From NCBI GenBank assembly GCA_021413965.1, contig JAIOPI010000003.1, positions 22,515-86,514 on the forward strand: 64,000 bases of DNA, written 5' to 3'. A program made the translations under genes and the position numbers. The notes under the pieces were generated by a model. The model saw nothing but the letters and a program-made list of their open reading frames with translations. It did not search any database and was not told the origin of the DNA. The stretch is from Lentisphaerota bacterium (GTDB taxonomy: Bacteria > Verrucomicrobiota > Kiritimatiellia > UBA8416 > JAIOPI01). Shown here one piece after another: positions 37,731-48,203 of this stretch (position 1 is the first letter of the stretch; every line of letters starts with the position of its first letter).

Positions 37731-39257
37731 TTAGTACGCCTTCGCGAACACGACCTGATGCCTGGCCGCTTCCCCGCAGACCACGCACGTGCCGCCGGTT
37801 TGTCCCTTCTGATCCAGCGGGATGCAGCGCACCGTGACGGCGAGGTCGTCGTTCATCTTCTGTTCGCACGCGCTCGAGCCGCACCAGGGCGAGTGCGCGA
37901 AGCCGCCGTGGATCTCGGGTTTGTCGGCATTCTGCGGCGTGAAGAAGGCGCGGAATTCGGCCGGGTCAGTGATGACACGCGTATTGGCGTCGCGGAATGC
38001 CAGGGCGCGCTGATAGAGGCCCTTCTGAATTTCCTCGAGCAATCCGGCGATGCCCGCGACAAAGGCGTCCTGGGGCTGGCTGGTCTTTTCGCGCGCGCCG
38101 CGGTCACGGCGGCCGACGAAGACGGCGTTTTGTTCGAGGTCGCGCGGGCCGACTTCGGCGCGCACGGGGATGCCGCGCTTGATCCACTGCCAGCCCTTTT
38201 CTCCGGCGTTGATATCCCGCTTATCCACGACGACTTCGATGGGGCGGCCATCGTAGGTCTGGGCGCGCAGGCGCGTGGCGAGTGCTTCGCAGTAGGGCAG
38301 GATCTTCGCGGCGTCCTCTTCCTTACGGATGATGGGAAGGATCACGACGTGGCTGGGGGCCAGGCGGGGGGGCATGATCATCCCGTCGTCATCGGCGTGC
38401 GTCATGATCATGCCGCCGATAAGGCGCGTCGACACGCCCCATGAGGTGGTCCACGCATGTTCGAGATTGCCGGCGCGGGACTGGAATTGAATTTCCGAGG
38501 CCTTGGCGAAGTTCTGACCGAGGAAATGACTGGTGCCGGACTGCAGCGCCTTGCGGTCCTGCATCATGGCCTCGATCGAGAAGGTGTTGTCGGCGCCGGG
38601 GAAGCGTTCATGGGCCGTTTTTTCGCCGGTGATGACGGGCATGGCCATGTAGTCCTCGGCGAAGCGCCGGTAGACCTCGAGCATTTTGAGCGTCTCCTCC
38701 CAGGCCTCTTCGCGCGTCTCGTGGGCGGTATGGCCTTCCTGCCAGAGGAACTCGGCGGTGCGCAGGAAGAGGCGCGTGCGCATTTCCCAGCGCACGACGT
38801 TGGCCCACTGGTTGATGAGGATGGGGAGGTCGCGGTGGCTTTGCACCCACTTGGCGAACATGGCGCCGATGATGGTCTCGGACGTCGGGCGCACGACGAG
38901 CGGCTCCTCCAGTTCGCCGGTGGGAATCAATTTTCCTTCAGGGCCCATTTCAAGGCGGTGGTGGGTGACCACGGCGCATTCCTTGGCGAAGCCCTCGACG
39001 TGCGTGGCTTCCTTCTGGAGAAAGCTCAGGGGGATGAAGAGCGGGAAGTAGGCGTTGACGTGTCCGGTTTCCTTGAACATCCGGTCGAGCACATTGCGGA
39101 TGTTTTCCCAGAGGGCGTAGCCCCAGGGCTTGATGACCATGCAGCCGCGGACCGGGCTGTTCTCGGCCAGTTCGGCAGCGCGGACGACCTGCTGGTACCA
39201 TTCGGGATAATCTTCGGTACGCGTGGGTGTGATTGCGGTCTTGTTGTCTTTGGCCAT
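37731..39257 (-). CDS. proS: Proline--tRNA ligase (archaeal/eukaryote-like type)
   Basis: YPEWYQQVV, VRGCMVIKPWG, RPTSETII, NQWANVVRWEMRTRLFLRTAEFLWQEGHTAH, C-terminal FAKAY. Confidence 0.97.
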   Translation of the reverse strand: MAKDNKTAITPTRTEDYPEWYQQVVRAAELAENSPVRGCMVIKPWGYALWENIRNVLDRMFKETGHVNAYFPLFIPLSFLQKEATHVEGFAKECAVVTHHRLEMGPEGKLIPTGELEEPLVVRPTSETIIGAMFAKWVQSHRDLPILINQWANVVRWEMRTRLFLRTAEFLWQEGHTAHETREEAWEETLKMLEVYRRFAEDYMAMPVITGEKTAHERFPGADNTFSIEAMMQDRKALQSGTSHFLGQNFAKASEIQFQSRAGNLEHAWTTSWGVSTRLIGGMIMTHADDDGMIMPPRLAPSHVVILPIIRKEEDAAKILPYCEALATRLRAQTYDGRPIEVVVDKRDINAGEKGWQWIKRGIPVRAEVGPRDLEQNAVFVGRRDRGAREKTSQPQDAFVAGIAGLLEEIQKGLYQRALAFRDANTRVITDPAEFRAFFTPQNADKPEIHGGFAHSPWCGSSACEQKMNDDLAVTVRCIPLDQKGQTGGTCVVCGEAARHQVVFAKAY

Positions 39258-39450
39258 GGCATCCCCGTGCTAAATCGTTCGCGTCAACGTAGGTGGCGCC
39301 CGCCGCAGAGTCAAGCGGGGAACATGCGCCCTGATCCTGGTCTCCGGCACCATGCGTCGGTCCGACGCGTGCGCCGTTCGGTGTGGGAGCGGCTCGGCGG
39401 CGTCGCGGGACTCGATCGTTTCGCTCGGGAGGGCCGTGCGGTCGATGTGT

Positions 39451-39825
39451 TTAGAACTGGCCGGTGCCGAGGAGTACGAGTGTACACGCTTCCTGGGTGG
39501 GGATGCGGTTCGCGTCGAGTCGGGCGCGAAGTTGCGGGTTTTCGGTGCCGGGGTTGAAGATGACGCGCCGGGGGTGGAGCGCGACGATGGCGTCGGCGAG
39601 CGTGCTGGAAATGACAGGGGCCACGTAGAGCGTCAGCGTGTCCACGGCGTCGGACACGGCTTCGAGATTGGGCGCAACGGTGAGGCCCTCGATGGTGCCG
39701 CCGGCGGGATTGACGGGGATGACGGTGTGTCCATGTTGCAGGAGTTGTTTAATGGCGCGATGGGAGTAGCGTTCGGGATTGGCGCTGGCGCCGAGCACGA
39801 CGACGCGTTGCGAATGCTGGTTCAT
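39451..39825 (-). CDS. CoA-binding protein (YccU-like)
   Basis: VVVLGASANPERYS, VIPVNP, DTLTLYV, RVIFNPGTEN, ACTLVLL. Confidence 0.9.
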   Translation of the reverse strand: MNQHSQRVVVLGASANPERYSHRAIKQLLQHGHTVIPVNPAGGTIEGLTVAPNLEAVSDAVDTLTLYVAPVISSTLADAIVALHPRRVIFNPGTENPQLRARLDANRIPTQEACTLVLLGTGQF

Positions 39826-39926
39826 AAGGACGGCTCCGAAGGGGTGAGCGGATTCGTCTGCGGAACCCACCCCGCTCTGGCGGGCACGCCTCCGGTGGCG
39901 GGGGCGGGATTGGGTCAGTCGGGCGG

Positions 39927-40214
39927 CTACTTGTCGCACGAGACCATGGCGCCATCTTCCGCGAAGGTGACGTCGGTATTGCGATTGTCTCTTGTGTATT
40001 CGACTTCGTAGCAGGTCTTGCCGTGGCAGCGTTCCCGCTCAATTTCCCTGATGGTTCCGCCGGCGGTTTCCTTTTCGACGGCGGCCTGCACCGCGGGGGG
40101 CAACGTGTCCAGCGTGGTCTTTGCGTCGCATTTTCCCAGAGCGCAACACCCAGCACTGATGAAGGTGCCGAGCAGGACGGCCGCGAACATGGAGAGCAGT
40201 GCAGACGCGTTCAT
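39927..40214 (-). CDS. Small PepSY/BLIP-like periplasmic lipoprotein
   Basis: Lipobox-like ISAGC; LPPAVQAAV...IREIERE...YEVEY...DVTFAEDG pattern; AAGGAG SD. Confidence 0.7.
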   Translation of the reverse strand: MNASALLSMFAAVLLGTFISAGCCALGKCDAKTTLDTLPPAVQAAVEKETAGGTIREIERERCHGKTCYEVEYTRDNRNTDVTFAEDGAMVSCDK

Positions 40215-40424
40215 ATGGATGGGGCTCCTTGTCATGGTTTCGTGAAGTCAGGCAGCTTACCTGTTCGTGCATGAGGGGCGCAAGCCGTGCGCATCAAAGT
40301 CGCTTGCGCGGTGGCTTTTCAGGGTGTAGCGTCCGGCAGACGATCGCCATGAGGCGTCACGGTTGCTGCACAGGGATGGCGTTTGGTGGGGGGCGGGGGC
40401 CTGTCGTAAGGGTGTGGGAGGGGT

Positions 40425-41855
40425 ATGAAGACGTCGGTACCGGGGGTGGATCGAGCGCGAATTTTCAAGTCTTTGCGCCAGGCGAATCTGGCGTTTTACC
40501 AGCAGTATCCGGGTGACGGGCCGGAGCGCCAGCCCGTGCACACGGTGTACGGCGGGGCGAATTTGTTCAAGGCGGACACGGCGCGGCGTATGGGGCGCGT
40601 GGCGCTGGCCACGCTGGATGCCGCGGCACCGGATTTTGCGGCGTTTGCGAGGGCGCTGGACCTGCCGGGGGCGGGGGCGTTGCCATCGCGGGCGCAGGAT
40701 GTGGCGGCGTTGGGCAAGCGGCTGGAGGCGTTGAAGCCGGCCCGACGGCACAGCGAACCGCGCTGGCTGCCGTACGCCGTATACGCGAAGGTGCGTCAGA
40801 AGCTGGCGGCGGAACCGGTGGAGGATTTTCGAATCGATTTCGAGGATGGGTACGGCAACCGTTCAGATGCGGAGGAGGACGCAACGGCGTTGGCGGCGGC
40901 GCACGAGGTGGCGGGCGGCATGCGGGCCGGCACGTTGCCGCCATTCATCGGCATCCGGATCAAGCCGTTCACCGAGGATCTGAAGGAACGCGGGGCGCGC
41001 ACGCTCGACCTGTTTATCACGGCGTTGCTGGCGGAGACGGGCGGGAGGTTGCCGGCGCATTTTGTGGTCATGCTGCCGAAGATCAGCATTCCGGCGCAGG
41101 TGACGGCGCTGGTCCGGCTGTTTGAGGTGCTGGAGCAGCAGGCCGGGCTGCCGGCGGGAACCTTCAAGATGGAGATGATGGTCGAGACGACGCAGGCCAT
41201 CATGAATGCCGAGGGGCGCAATCCGCTGCTCGGCCTGGTGCGGGCAGGGGGGGGGCGGATGGTGTCGGCGGCATTTGGCACCTACGACTACACGGCGTCG
41301 TGCAACATTACGGCGCGATACCAGTCGATGGTGCACCCGGTATGCGACTTTGCGCATCACATGACACGGGTCGCGCTGGGCGGGACGGGGATTCGCCTGT
41401 CGGACGGCGCCACGAATGTGATGCCGGTGGGGCCGCACCGGGGGGACGCGCTGACGCGCGCGCAGGTGGTGGAGAACCGGCGTGTGGTGCACCGTGCGTG
41501 GAAGCTGAGCTACGATCACATCCGGCACTCGCTTTACCATGGGTTCTACCAGGGCTGGGATTTGAACCCCGGGCAACTGCCGGTGCGCTATGCGGCGGTG
41601 TACGCGTTCTTTCTCGAGAGCTACGACGAGGCGGCGACGCGCTTGAGGGCCTTTGTCGAGAAGGCGGCGCGGGCGACGATGAGCGGGGATATTTTCGACG
41701 ACGCGGCCACGGGGCAGGGGTTGTTGAATTACTTTCTGGCGGCGCTTAACTGCGGCGCGATCACGGAGGCCGAGACGCGGGCGACCGGCCTGACGCTGGA
41801 AGAGATTCGCAGCCGTTCGTTCTATCGCATTCTAAAGGGGCGCGCGGGGGCGTAG
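40425..41855 (+). CDS. HpcH/HpaI aldolase / citrate-lyase-like TIM-barrel protein
   Basis: RQPVHTVYGGA, EDFRIDFEDGYG, GIRIKP, LPKI, EMMVET, FGTYDYTA, SDGATN, GFYQGWDLNPGQL. Confidence 0.75.
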   Translation: MKTSVPGVDRARIFKSLRQANLAFYQQYPGDGPERQPVHTVYGGANLFKADTARRMGRVALATLDAAAPDFAAFARALDLPGAGALPSRAQDVAALGKRLEALKPARRHSEPRWLPYAVYAKVRQKLAAEPVEDFRIDFEDGYGNRSDAEEDATALAAAHEVAGGMRAGTLPPFIGIRIKPFTEDLKERGARTLDLFITALLAETGGRLPAHFVVMLPKISIPAQVTALVRLFEVLEQQAGLPAGTFKMEMMVETTQAIMNAEGRNPLLGLVRAGGGRMVSAAFGTYDYTASCNITARYQSMVHPVCDFAHHMTRVALGGTGIRLSDGATNVMPVGPHRGDALTRAQVVENRRVVHRAWKLSYDHIRHSLYHGFYQGWDLNPGQLPVRYAAVYAFFLESYDEAATRLRAFVEKAARATMSGDIFDDAATGQGLLNYFLAALNCGAITEAETRATGLTLEEIRSRSFYRILKGRAGA

Positions 41856-41917
41856 GGGATCGGGCGACGGTGGTGGGGCGGTTGACGGGCGAATGGCGCG
41901 GGTGCTACGGTGCGGGC

Positions 41918-42400
41918 ATGGGTGGTCAGGGGCATGGCAGGCGGGCATACCGCATTGGGGCGGCGTCACTCGCGGCGTTACTGGGGGTGTGTGGCGGGCT
42001 CGGCGGCTACACGTTCTGGTATGCCCAGGGTGCGTCGTACCTGTCCAACGATCCGCGCGCGTGCGTGAACTGCCACATCATGCGCGACCAGTTCGACGGC
42101 TGGCAGAAATCCAGCCACCACGCAGCGGCCACGTGCAATGACTGTCATGTGCCGCACCAATTCTTTCGCAAGTACCTGGCCAAGGGGAGCAATGGCTATC
42201 ATCACTCCAAGGCCTTCACCTTTCAGAGCTATCCGGACACGATTCGCATCAAGCCCCACAACGCGGCGGTGCTGCAGGAGAACTGCCTGCGGTGCCATGG
42301 CGAGCTGGTATCGGATATTGTCGGGCACGGCCGCGGCGGCGCGGCTGCCCTGTCGTGTGCGCGGTGCCATGCTGATGTCGGGCACGGGCCGCGCGGTTGA
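41918..42400 (+). CDS. nrfH: Cytochrome c nitrite reductase small subunit NrfH
   Basis: N-terminal TM helix; SYLSNDPRACVNCHIM; four CxxCH motifs (CVNCH, CNDCH, CLRCH, CARCH); VGH end. Confidence 0.93.
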   Translation: MGGQGHGRRAYRIGAASLAALLGVCGGLGGYTFWYAQGASYLSNDPRACVNCHIMRDQFDGWQKSSHHAAATCNDCHVPHQFFRKYLAKGSNGYHHSKAFTFQSYPDTIRIKPHNAAVLQENCLRCHGELVSDIVGHGRGGAAALSCARCHADVGHGPRG

Positions 42401-42421
42401 CCTTCAAGCAGGGAGACAGAG

Positions 42422-43855
42422 ATGAAACGCATGCGATCCAAGACCGGCGGTGCTGTGGGCTATGTGCTGGCGATCCTGGCCGTGGCGGGTTTGACCGTGG
42501 TCATCATGCTGCTGTTGCAGAACATCGCCACCCGCAAGCAGGAGGCGCGCCAGCCGTACGTGCGGCTCAAGGACGTCACGGAGAATGACACGGACCCGGC
42601 GACGTGGGGCGTCAACTGGCCGAAGGAGTACGACAGCTACAAGAAGACGTCGCTGACAACGCGCACGCGGTTCGGCGGGCACGGGGGCAGCGAGGCCATG
42701 CCGGAGGAGAAGATCGAGCGCGATCCGTGGCTGAAGCGCATGTTCCTCGGCTACGCGTTTTCGATCGACTACCGCGACCGCCGCGGCCACGCGTACATGC
42801 TGCAGGACCAGGAGGCGACACAACGCCTGAGCAAGCCGCAGTCCGGGTCCTGCCTGCACTGCCACTCGTCCATCATGCCGCTGTATCGCAAGCTCGGCAA
42901 CGGCGACGCGCAGGCGGGCATGGAGGCGACGGCCAAGTTGACGTACCAGGAAACGAGCCAGATGCTGCACGAGATGGGGCATGCTCACGCCGTCTCCTGC
43001 GTGGACTGCCACGACCCGTCGTCGATGCAGCTGCGCGTGACGCGGCCTGGTTTCATCACGGGCATCCGGGCGTTGGCGGCGTCCGATGCGCCGGTTCCAC
43101 ACCTGCCATCGGTCGCGTTGTGGCGGCAGGGCAAGCGCGCGGAGCCCTATGATCCGAATGCGGAGGCGAGCCGCAACGAGATGCGTTCCTTTGTGTGCGG
43201 GCAGTGCCACGTGGAGTACTACTGCTCGTCGAAGCTGCCGCTCACGTTCCCGTGGGGGAAGGGGCTGAAAGTTGAGAACATCGAAGCGTTCTGGAATGGG
43301 GTGACGTTCCCGGACGGCGAGCGGTTCTACGATTACAAGCACGCCGAGACGGGGGCGGCCGTGCTGAAGGCGCAGCATCCGGAGTTCGAGCTGTGGAGCC
43401 AGGGGGTGCATGCGCGCAGCGGTGTGTCCTGCGCCGATTGTCACATGCCCTATATGCGCGACGGGGCCGCCAAGGTTTCCGATCACTGGGTGCGCAGCCC
43501 GCTGCTGAACATCAACCGCGCCTGCCAGACCTGCCACAACATTCCCGAGGGGGAGATCCAGGCGCGCGTGGATGCCATCCAGGAGCGCAACCTGGGGTTG
43601 ATGCAACGTGCGGCGGCGGCGCTGATGGCGCAGTTCGACGAGATCAAGGCGGCGCGCGAGGGCGGGGCAACGGATGAGCAGCTCAAGGCATCGCTGGAGC
43701 TGCAGCGCGCGGCGCAGTGGCGGGTCGACTTCATTGCGGCTGAGAATTCGATGGGGTTCCATGCCCCGCAGGAGGCCGCGCGGATTCTGGGCGAGGCGAT
43801 CGACTACGCGCGCCAGGGCGAGCTTGCCGCGGCGAAAATCGGGCGGGCGAAGTAG
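42422..43855 (+). CDS. nrfA: Ammonia-forming cytochrome c nitrite reductase NrfA (heme-1 CxxCH variant)
   Basis: [16 protein letters not shown]; five heme motifs ([32 protein letters not shown]); [18 protein letters not shown]. Confidence 0.95.
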   Translation: MKRMRSKTGGAVGYVLAILAVAGLTVVIMLLLQNIATRKQEARQPYVRLKDVTENDTDPATWGVNWPKEYDSYKKTSLTTRTRFGGHGGSEAMPEEKIERDPWLKRMFLGYAFSIDYRDRRGHAYMLQDQEATQRLSKPQSGSCLHCHSSIMPLYRKLGNGDAQAGMEATAKLTYQETSQMLHEMGHAHAVSCVDCHDPSSMQLRVTRPGFITGIRALAASDAPVPHLPSVALWRQGKRAEPYDPNAEASRNEMRSFVCGQCHVEYYCSSKLPLTFPWGKGLKVENIEAFWNGVTFPDGERFYDYKHAETGAAVLKAQHPEFELWSQGVHARSGVSCADCHMPYMRDGAAKVSDHWVRSPLLNINRACQTCHNIPEGEIQARVDAIQERNLGLMQRAAAALMAQFDEIKAAREGGATDEQLKASLELQRAAQWRVDFIAAENSMGFHAPQEAARILGEAIDYARQGELAAAKIGRAK

Positions 43856-43897
43856 GCGGTGCCCACGGGCGCCGCGCGAGGCGGGCGCGTGTGTGGA

Positions 43898-45412
43898 CTA
43901 CGGACGCCCGTCGAATCCCGTCAGGGCGTAGTAGTCTTTCGCCAGGCTGCCGGTGGGGCAAAGGTCCTGCATGGCCTTTTCCGCGGACTGGGCCCAGCGG
44001 ATGATCCGGCGGAAGCGGGAGTCGGTGAACCGGAAGACGGCGCCATGGCCGTTGGCCAGAATGTCCGGCTGCCAGCGGATGGCGAGGCGGGCGCTGGCCA
44101 TATGCCCCGTGCGGAACCGGCTGTTATTGAGGGCGCAGAATCCCCCGGTCCCATTCCAGCGCGACGCCGGCATGAAGGAGTCGCCGCCGAAGAGCACCTT
44201 GCGCCCGTCAATCCGGGTCATGAAGGCGCAATGCCACCAGGTTTGCCCCGGCCATGGCGCGACGGTGAAGGCGTATTCCTGCCATCGCCACGTTCCGATC
44301 TGCGGCCAGAGTTCGTCCGCCGCGACTGGCGTTGACGGTGCGTACAGGTAGAACTGGCGATCCACTTGCCTGAGGGGGGCGGCCACGCGCGGGTGCAGGC
44401 AAATGCGTGCGCCGGTCTCTTTCCGCAGGGCCATCATGGCCCCACAGTGGTCCGAATGAATATGCGTGGCCAGAATCACCTGCGGTGGCCGCACACCCAG
44501 TTCCTGGATCAAGCCAGCCATCGCCCGCGAGTGTGCACGCGACGGGTCCACGACCAGGGTTTCGCCGGTTGCGGAGATCAGCAAATAGGAATTTTCGTCG
44601 AACTGGTAAAGGTGAGGCAGGTATTGGCGGGCGCGATTCGGGCGGGGTTCTGCGCGCAGGAAATGGTCCTTTTCCCCGGCGCAAATGGACCCTTTGGCCC
44701 GGTACAGGCGCATCAGCCGCGCGGACAATGTGCGCAAGAGACTGGCCGGCGGACTGGCAATGGCCGGGCCATGGGAGGGCAGGAGGCGATCCAGCCCGAT
44801 GCCTCGCAGGCGCTCAATGCCCTGCCAGGCTTCCAGCGCGCCGGTCCCCGTCCAGTGATCCCACTCGAGGTTGAAGGGCTCCCAGATGGTGCCCCCGGCA
44901 TGGGCGGCGTCACCGCAAAAGCACAGTTGCCGGCCGTTGAATTCCGTGACGATGGAGATGGCCTGTGGTCCGTGGCCGGGGGTCGGCACAAATCGGAGGC
45001 AAAGATCCTGCCCGCGCCATTCCCGGTACGGGTGCATGTCACAGGAAATGGCATCGAGGCCCCTCGCCAGGGGGCGATAGTTCCGTGGAAAGGCGTGGTA
45101 GGGAAGCTGGCGCATGGCGTGCCGGTGACTGCGCAGCATCTTGGGATCGAGGTATGGCTCATCGCCGGCCGGTGCGTGGACCGTGAATGGCCTGGTGCGC
45201 CGGGGTTCGAGTCCGGCGCACTGGTCGGCATGATGGTGCGTGAGGAAGACATCGCTGACCCGGTCGATACCCAGCGCGGGAAGGTCCTTCATCCATCGGC
45301 CGGAGCCGAAATCGACGGCGACGGCATCGCGGCCGAATTTGAGGACGTAGACATGGCATGTATCGGGATACAGCCAGAGACCGGGCAGCAGCGGCTGAAA
45401 GCGAGTGGCCAT
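43898..45412 (-). CDS. Tandem metallo-beta-lactamase-fold hydrolase (two MBL domains)
   Basis: Domain 1: THHHADQ, TPGHG, CGD, PSHG. Domain 2: THIHSDH, WPGQT, GGD, NGHG. Confidence 0.8.
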   Translation of the reverse strand: MATRFQPLLPGLWLYPDTCHVYVLKFGRDAVAVDFGSGRWMKDLPALGIDRVSDVFLTHHHADQCAGLEPRRTRPFTVHAPAGDEPYLDPKMLRSHRHAMRQLPYHAFPRNYRPLARGLDAISCDMHPYREWRGQDLCLRFVPTPGHGPQAISIVTEFNGRQLCFCGDAAHAGGTIWEPFNLEWDHWTGTGALEAWQGIERLRGIGLDRLLPSHGPAIASPPASLLRTLSARLMRLYRAKGSICAGEKDHFLRAEPRPNRARQYLPHLYQFDENSYLLISATGETLVVDPSRAHSRAMAGLIQELGVRPPQVILATHIHSDHCGAMMALRKETGARICLHPRVAAPLRQVDRQFYLYAPSTPVAADELWPQIGTWRWQEYAFTVAPWPGQTWWHCAFMTRIDGRKVLFGGDSFMPASRWNGTGGFCALNNSRFRTGHMASARLAIRWQPDILANGHGAVFRFTDSRFRRIIRWAQSAEKAMQDLCPTGSLAKDYYALTGFDGRP

Positions 45413-45584
45413 GATCGGCGCACGATGGCATGCGCGTTCCGGCGGCGCAAGGCGGATGTCGCGCGGACTTGCGGATCCGGCCGGGGTTCGGTATCCTGCC
45501 GGCGGCGCGCGTGTCATGGGGGCTGACTGACGTGACGAGCGGATTCCGGTGGCCGGTGCGGGTCAACATCCTTCGAGGTGGCCT

Positions 45585-46640
45585 ATGAAGTTTCGCATGG
45601 CGTTGGTGGTGGTGTCGCTCTTGCTCAGTATCGCCATCGGTCTGATGCTTGGGCGCCGGGGCGCGCTGCCGGCATCCCGTTCAGGGGGCGGCGGAGACGC
45701 GCCGATCGTGATCGGGCTGTCGATGGACACGGAGAAAGAAGCGCGCTGGCAGAAGGATCGTGACGTCTTCACGGCGCGGGCGCGCGAGCTTGGGGCCCAG
45801 GTGAAGACGCAGTCGGCCAACAGTGATGACACGCGCCAGATTCAGGACGTGAAGTCGCTGCTGGCCAATCACGTGGACGTGCTGGTCATCATCCCGCACG
45901 ACGGCGATGCGATGGCGGAGGGGGTGCGCGAGGCGGCGAAGGCGGGCGTGCCGGTGATCGCCTATGACCGGCTCATTCGGAATTGCGATCTTGATCTCTA
46001 CCTGAGCTTCGACAACGTCAAAGTCGGCGAGATGCAGGCGCGCTATCTCGTGGAGCATCTGCCGGGCGGGAAGGGGCGCATTGTGCGGATCTACGGCGCG
46101 CCGACGGACAACAACGCCAAGATTTTCAAGCAGGGGCAGGACCAGGTGCTGGCGCCGCTGATAGCGCGCGGCGACATCGAGGTGGTCCACGAGGATTGGG
46201 CCACGGATTGGGATTCGGCGAATGCCAAGAAGATCATGAATGCGGCGCTAACCCGTGCGAGCAGCGGATTCGACGCCGTGCTGGCGTCCAACGACGGGAC
46301 GGCCGGCGGGGCGATCCAGGCGTTGAAGGAGGCGGGGCTGGCCGGGAAGGTGATCGTCACCGGCCAGGACGCGGATCTGGTTGCGTGCCAGCGCATTGCC
46401 GCCGGGCAGCAGGCGATGACGGTTTACAAGCCGATCCAGAACCTGGCGACTCGCGCGGCCGAGCTGGCGGTGACCATGGCGCGCGGCAAGCCGGTGATTG
46501 CGAATGGGGCGGTGGCAAACGGGCAGAAGGATGTGCCGGCGGTGCTGCTGGACATCGTGAGTGTGGACAAGGATAACCTGCGGCAGACGATTGTCGCCGG
46601 CGGATTCCATTCCGAGGCCGAGGTGTTCGGGGCCCCCTGA
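45585..46640 (+). CDS. xylF: Sugar ABC transporter substrate-binding protein (XylF-like)
   Basis: ARWQKDRD, VIAYDRLI, SFDNVKVGEMQA, GAPTDNNAK, ASNDGTAGGAIQAL, GQDAD, MTVYKPI. Confidence 0.82.
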   Translation: MKFRMALVVVSLLLSIAIGLMLGRRGALPASRSGGGGDAPIVIGLSMDTEKEARWQKDRDVFTARARELGAQVKTQSANSDDTRQIQDVKSLLANHVDVLVIIPHDGDAMAEGVREAAKAGVPVIAYDRLIRNCDLDLYLSFDNVKVGEMQARYLVEHLPGGKGRIVRIYGAPTDNNAKIFKQGQDQVLAPLIARGDIEVVHEDWATDWDSANAKKIMNAALTRASSGFDAVLASNDGTAGGAIQALKEAGLAGKVIVTGQDADLVACQRIAAGQQAMTVYKPIQNLATRAAELAVTMARGKPVIANGAVANGQKDVPAVLLDIVSVDKDNLRQTIVAGGFHSEAEVFGAP

Positions 46641-48199
46641 TGCGTGTGGACACGCCCATGGCGACCGATGCGGTCCTGCGAATAGCCGGGCTGACCAAGC
46701 GCTTTCCCGGCGTGATCGCGCTGGAGGATGTGCACCTCGAGTTGAAGCCGGGCGAGGTTCACGCCCTGTGCGGCGAGAACGGGGCGGGCAAGTCGACGCT
46801 GATCAAAGTCATTTCCGGGGTTTGGGCGCACGGCAGCTACGAGGGTGAGTTGACCGTGCTGGGCCAGCCGGCGCGCTTTCGGACGCTGGCGGACGCGGAG
46901 GCGGCGGGCATTGCGGTGATTTACCAGGAGCTGGCGCTGGTGCCCGACATGTCGGTGGCCGAGAACATCTTCCTTGGGCGCGAGCCGACGCGGGGCGGGT
47001 TGATCGACTGGGAGCGCGTGTTTGCGGAGACGCGCGAGCTGCTGCGGCGGCACGGGCTCGGCGATCTTGATCCGGCGGCCCGAGTGGGCGATCTGGGTGT
47101 GGGGCAGCAGCAGTTGGTGGAAATCGTCAAGGCGTTGGCCAAGCAGTCGAGGATCCTGCTCCTGGATGAACCGACCGCGGCACTGACGGAGTCGGAGGTG
47201 GCGGTACTGCTGGACATTGTGAGGGGGTTGCGCGCGCGCGGGCTGACGTGCGTTTACATTTCGCACAAGCTCGACGAGGTCTTTGCGATTGCGGACCGTA
47301 TCACCGTGCTGCGCGACGGTCGGACGATGGGCACGTTGGAGACGGCGAAGACCTCGCGGCGCGATTTGATCCGGCTGATGGTGGGGCGGGACATCGACCA
47401 GCAGTTTCCGCGGCGCGCGGGAACGGTTGGGGCTGAGATCCTGCGGGTGGACGACCTGACCGTGACGGAAGCGGGGCGCCGCCGGGCCGTCCTCGAGGGA
47501 ATTACCTTTTCCCTGCATGCTGGGGAGGTGCTTGGCATTGGGGGGCTGATGGGCTCGGGCCGCACGGAACTGCTGATGCATCTGTTTGGCGCGTACGGAC
47601 GCCGCGTCCGGGGGACGGTGACGTTTGCCGGGGCCGTGCTGGGAGGCGGGGCGCCGGACGCGACGATCCGGCGCGGGCTGATGCTCGTGAGCGAGGACCG
47701 AAAGCGGTACGGGCTCGTGCTTGAGCAGAGCATTGGATTCAACTTGTCGCTGGCTTCGCTTCGCCAGTTCACCCCGTCGTTTCTGCTGGACGGGCACGCG
47801 GAGTTCGTGCGCAACCAGGAGCTGTTCCAGTCGCTGGGCGTCAAGGCGCCGGGGCAGGAGTCGGTCGTGGGGCAGCTTTCCGGCGGCAATCAGCAGAAGG
47901 TGGTGCTGGGCAAGGCCCTGATGACGGATCCGAAGGTGGTGATGCTGGACGAGCCGACGCGTGGGATTGATGTGGGAGCGAAGCTCGAAGTCTACAACCT
48001 GGTCAACCGCATGACGGATGAGGGCCGGGCGGTGCTCATGGTGTCGAGCGAGTTGCCGGAGTTGCTGGGCATGAGTGACCGGATCATCGTGCTCAGCGAA
48101 GGGCGAGTTGGCGGAACATTTGTGCGCGGCGAGGCGACGCAGGAGGCCATCCTGCAGGCGGCCATGGCCCATCATGCGGGAGTTCCCGCGAAGGAGTGA
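46640..48199 (+). CDS. xylG: Sugar ABC transporter ATP-binding protein (XylG-like)
   Basis: GENGAGKSTL, LLDEPT, YISHKLDE, SEDRKRYG, LSGGNQQKVV, DEPTRGIDVGAK. Confidence 0.82.
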   Translation: MRVDTPMATDAVLRIAGLTKRFPGVIALEDVHLELKPGEVHALCGENGAGKSTLIKVISGVWAHGSYEGELTVLGQPARFRTLADAEAAGIAVIYQELALVPDMSVAENIFLGREPTRGGLIDWERVFAETRELLRRHGLGDLDPAARVGDLGVGQQQLVEIVKALAKQSRILLLDEPTAALTESEVAVLLDIVRGLRARGLTCVYISHKLDEVFAIADRITVLRDGRTMGTLETAKTSRRDLIRLMVGRDIDQQFPRRAGTVGAEILRVDDLTVTEAGRRRAVLEGITFSLHAGEVLGIGGLMGSGRTELLMHLFGAYGRRVRGTVTFAGAVLGGGAPDATIRRGLMLVSEDRKRYGLVLEQSIGFNLSLASLRQFTPSFLLDGHAEFVRNQELFQSLGVKAPGQESVVGQLSGGNQQKVVLGKALMTDPKVVMLDEPTRGIDVGAKLEVYNLVNRMTDEGRAVLMVSSELPELLGMSDRIIVLSEGRVGGTFVRGEATQEAILQAAMAHHAGVPAKE

Positions 48200-48203
48200 C
48201 CCG

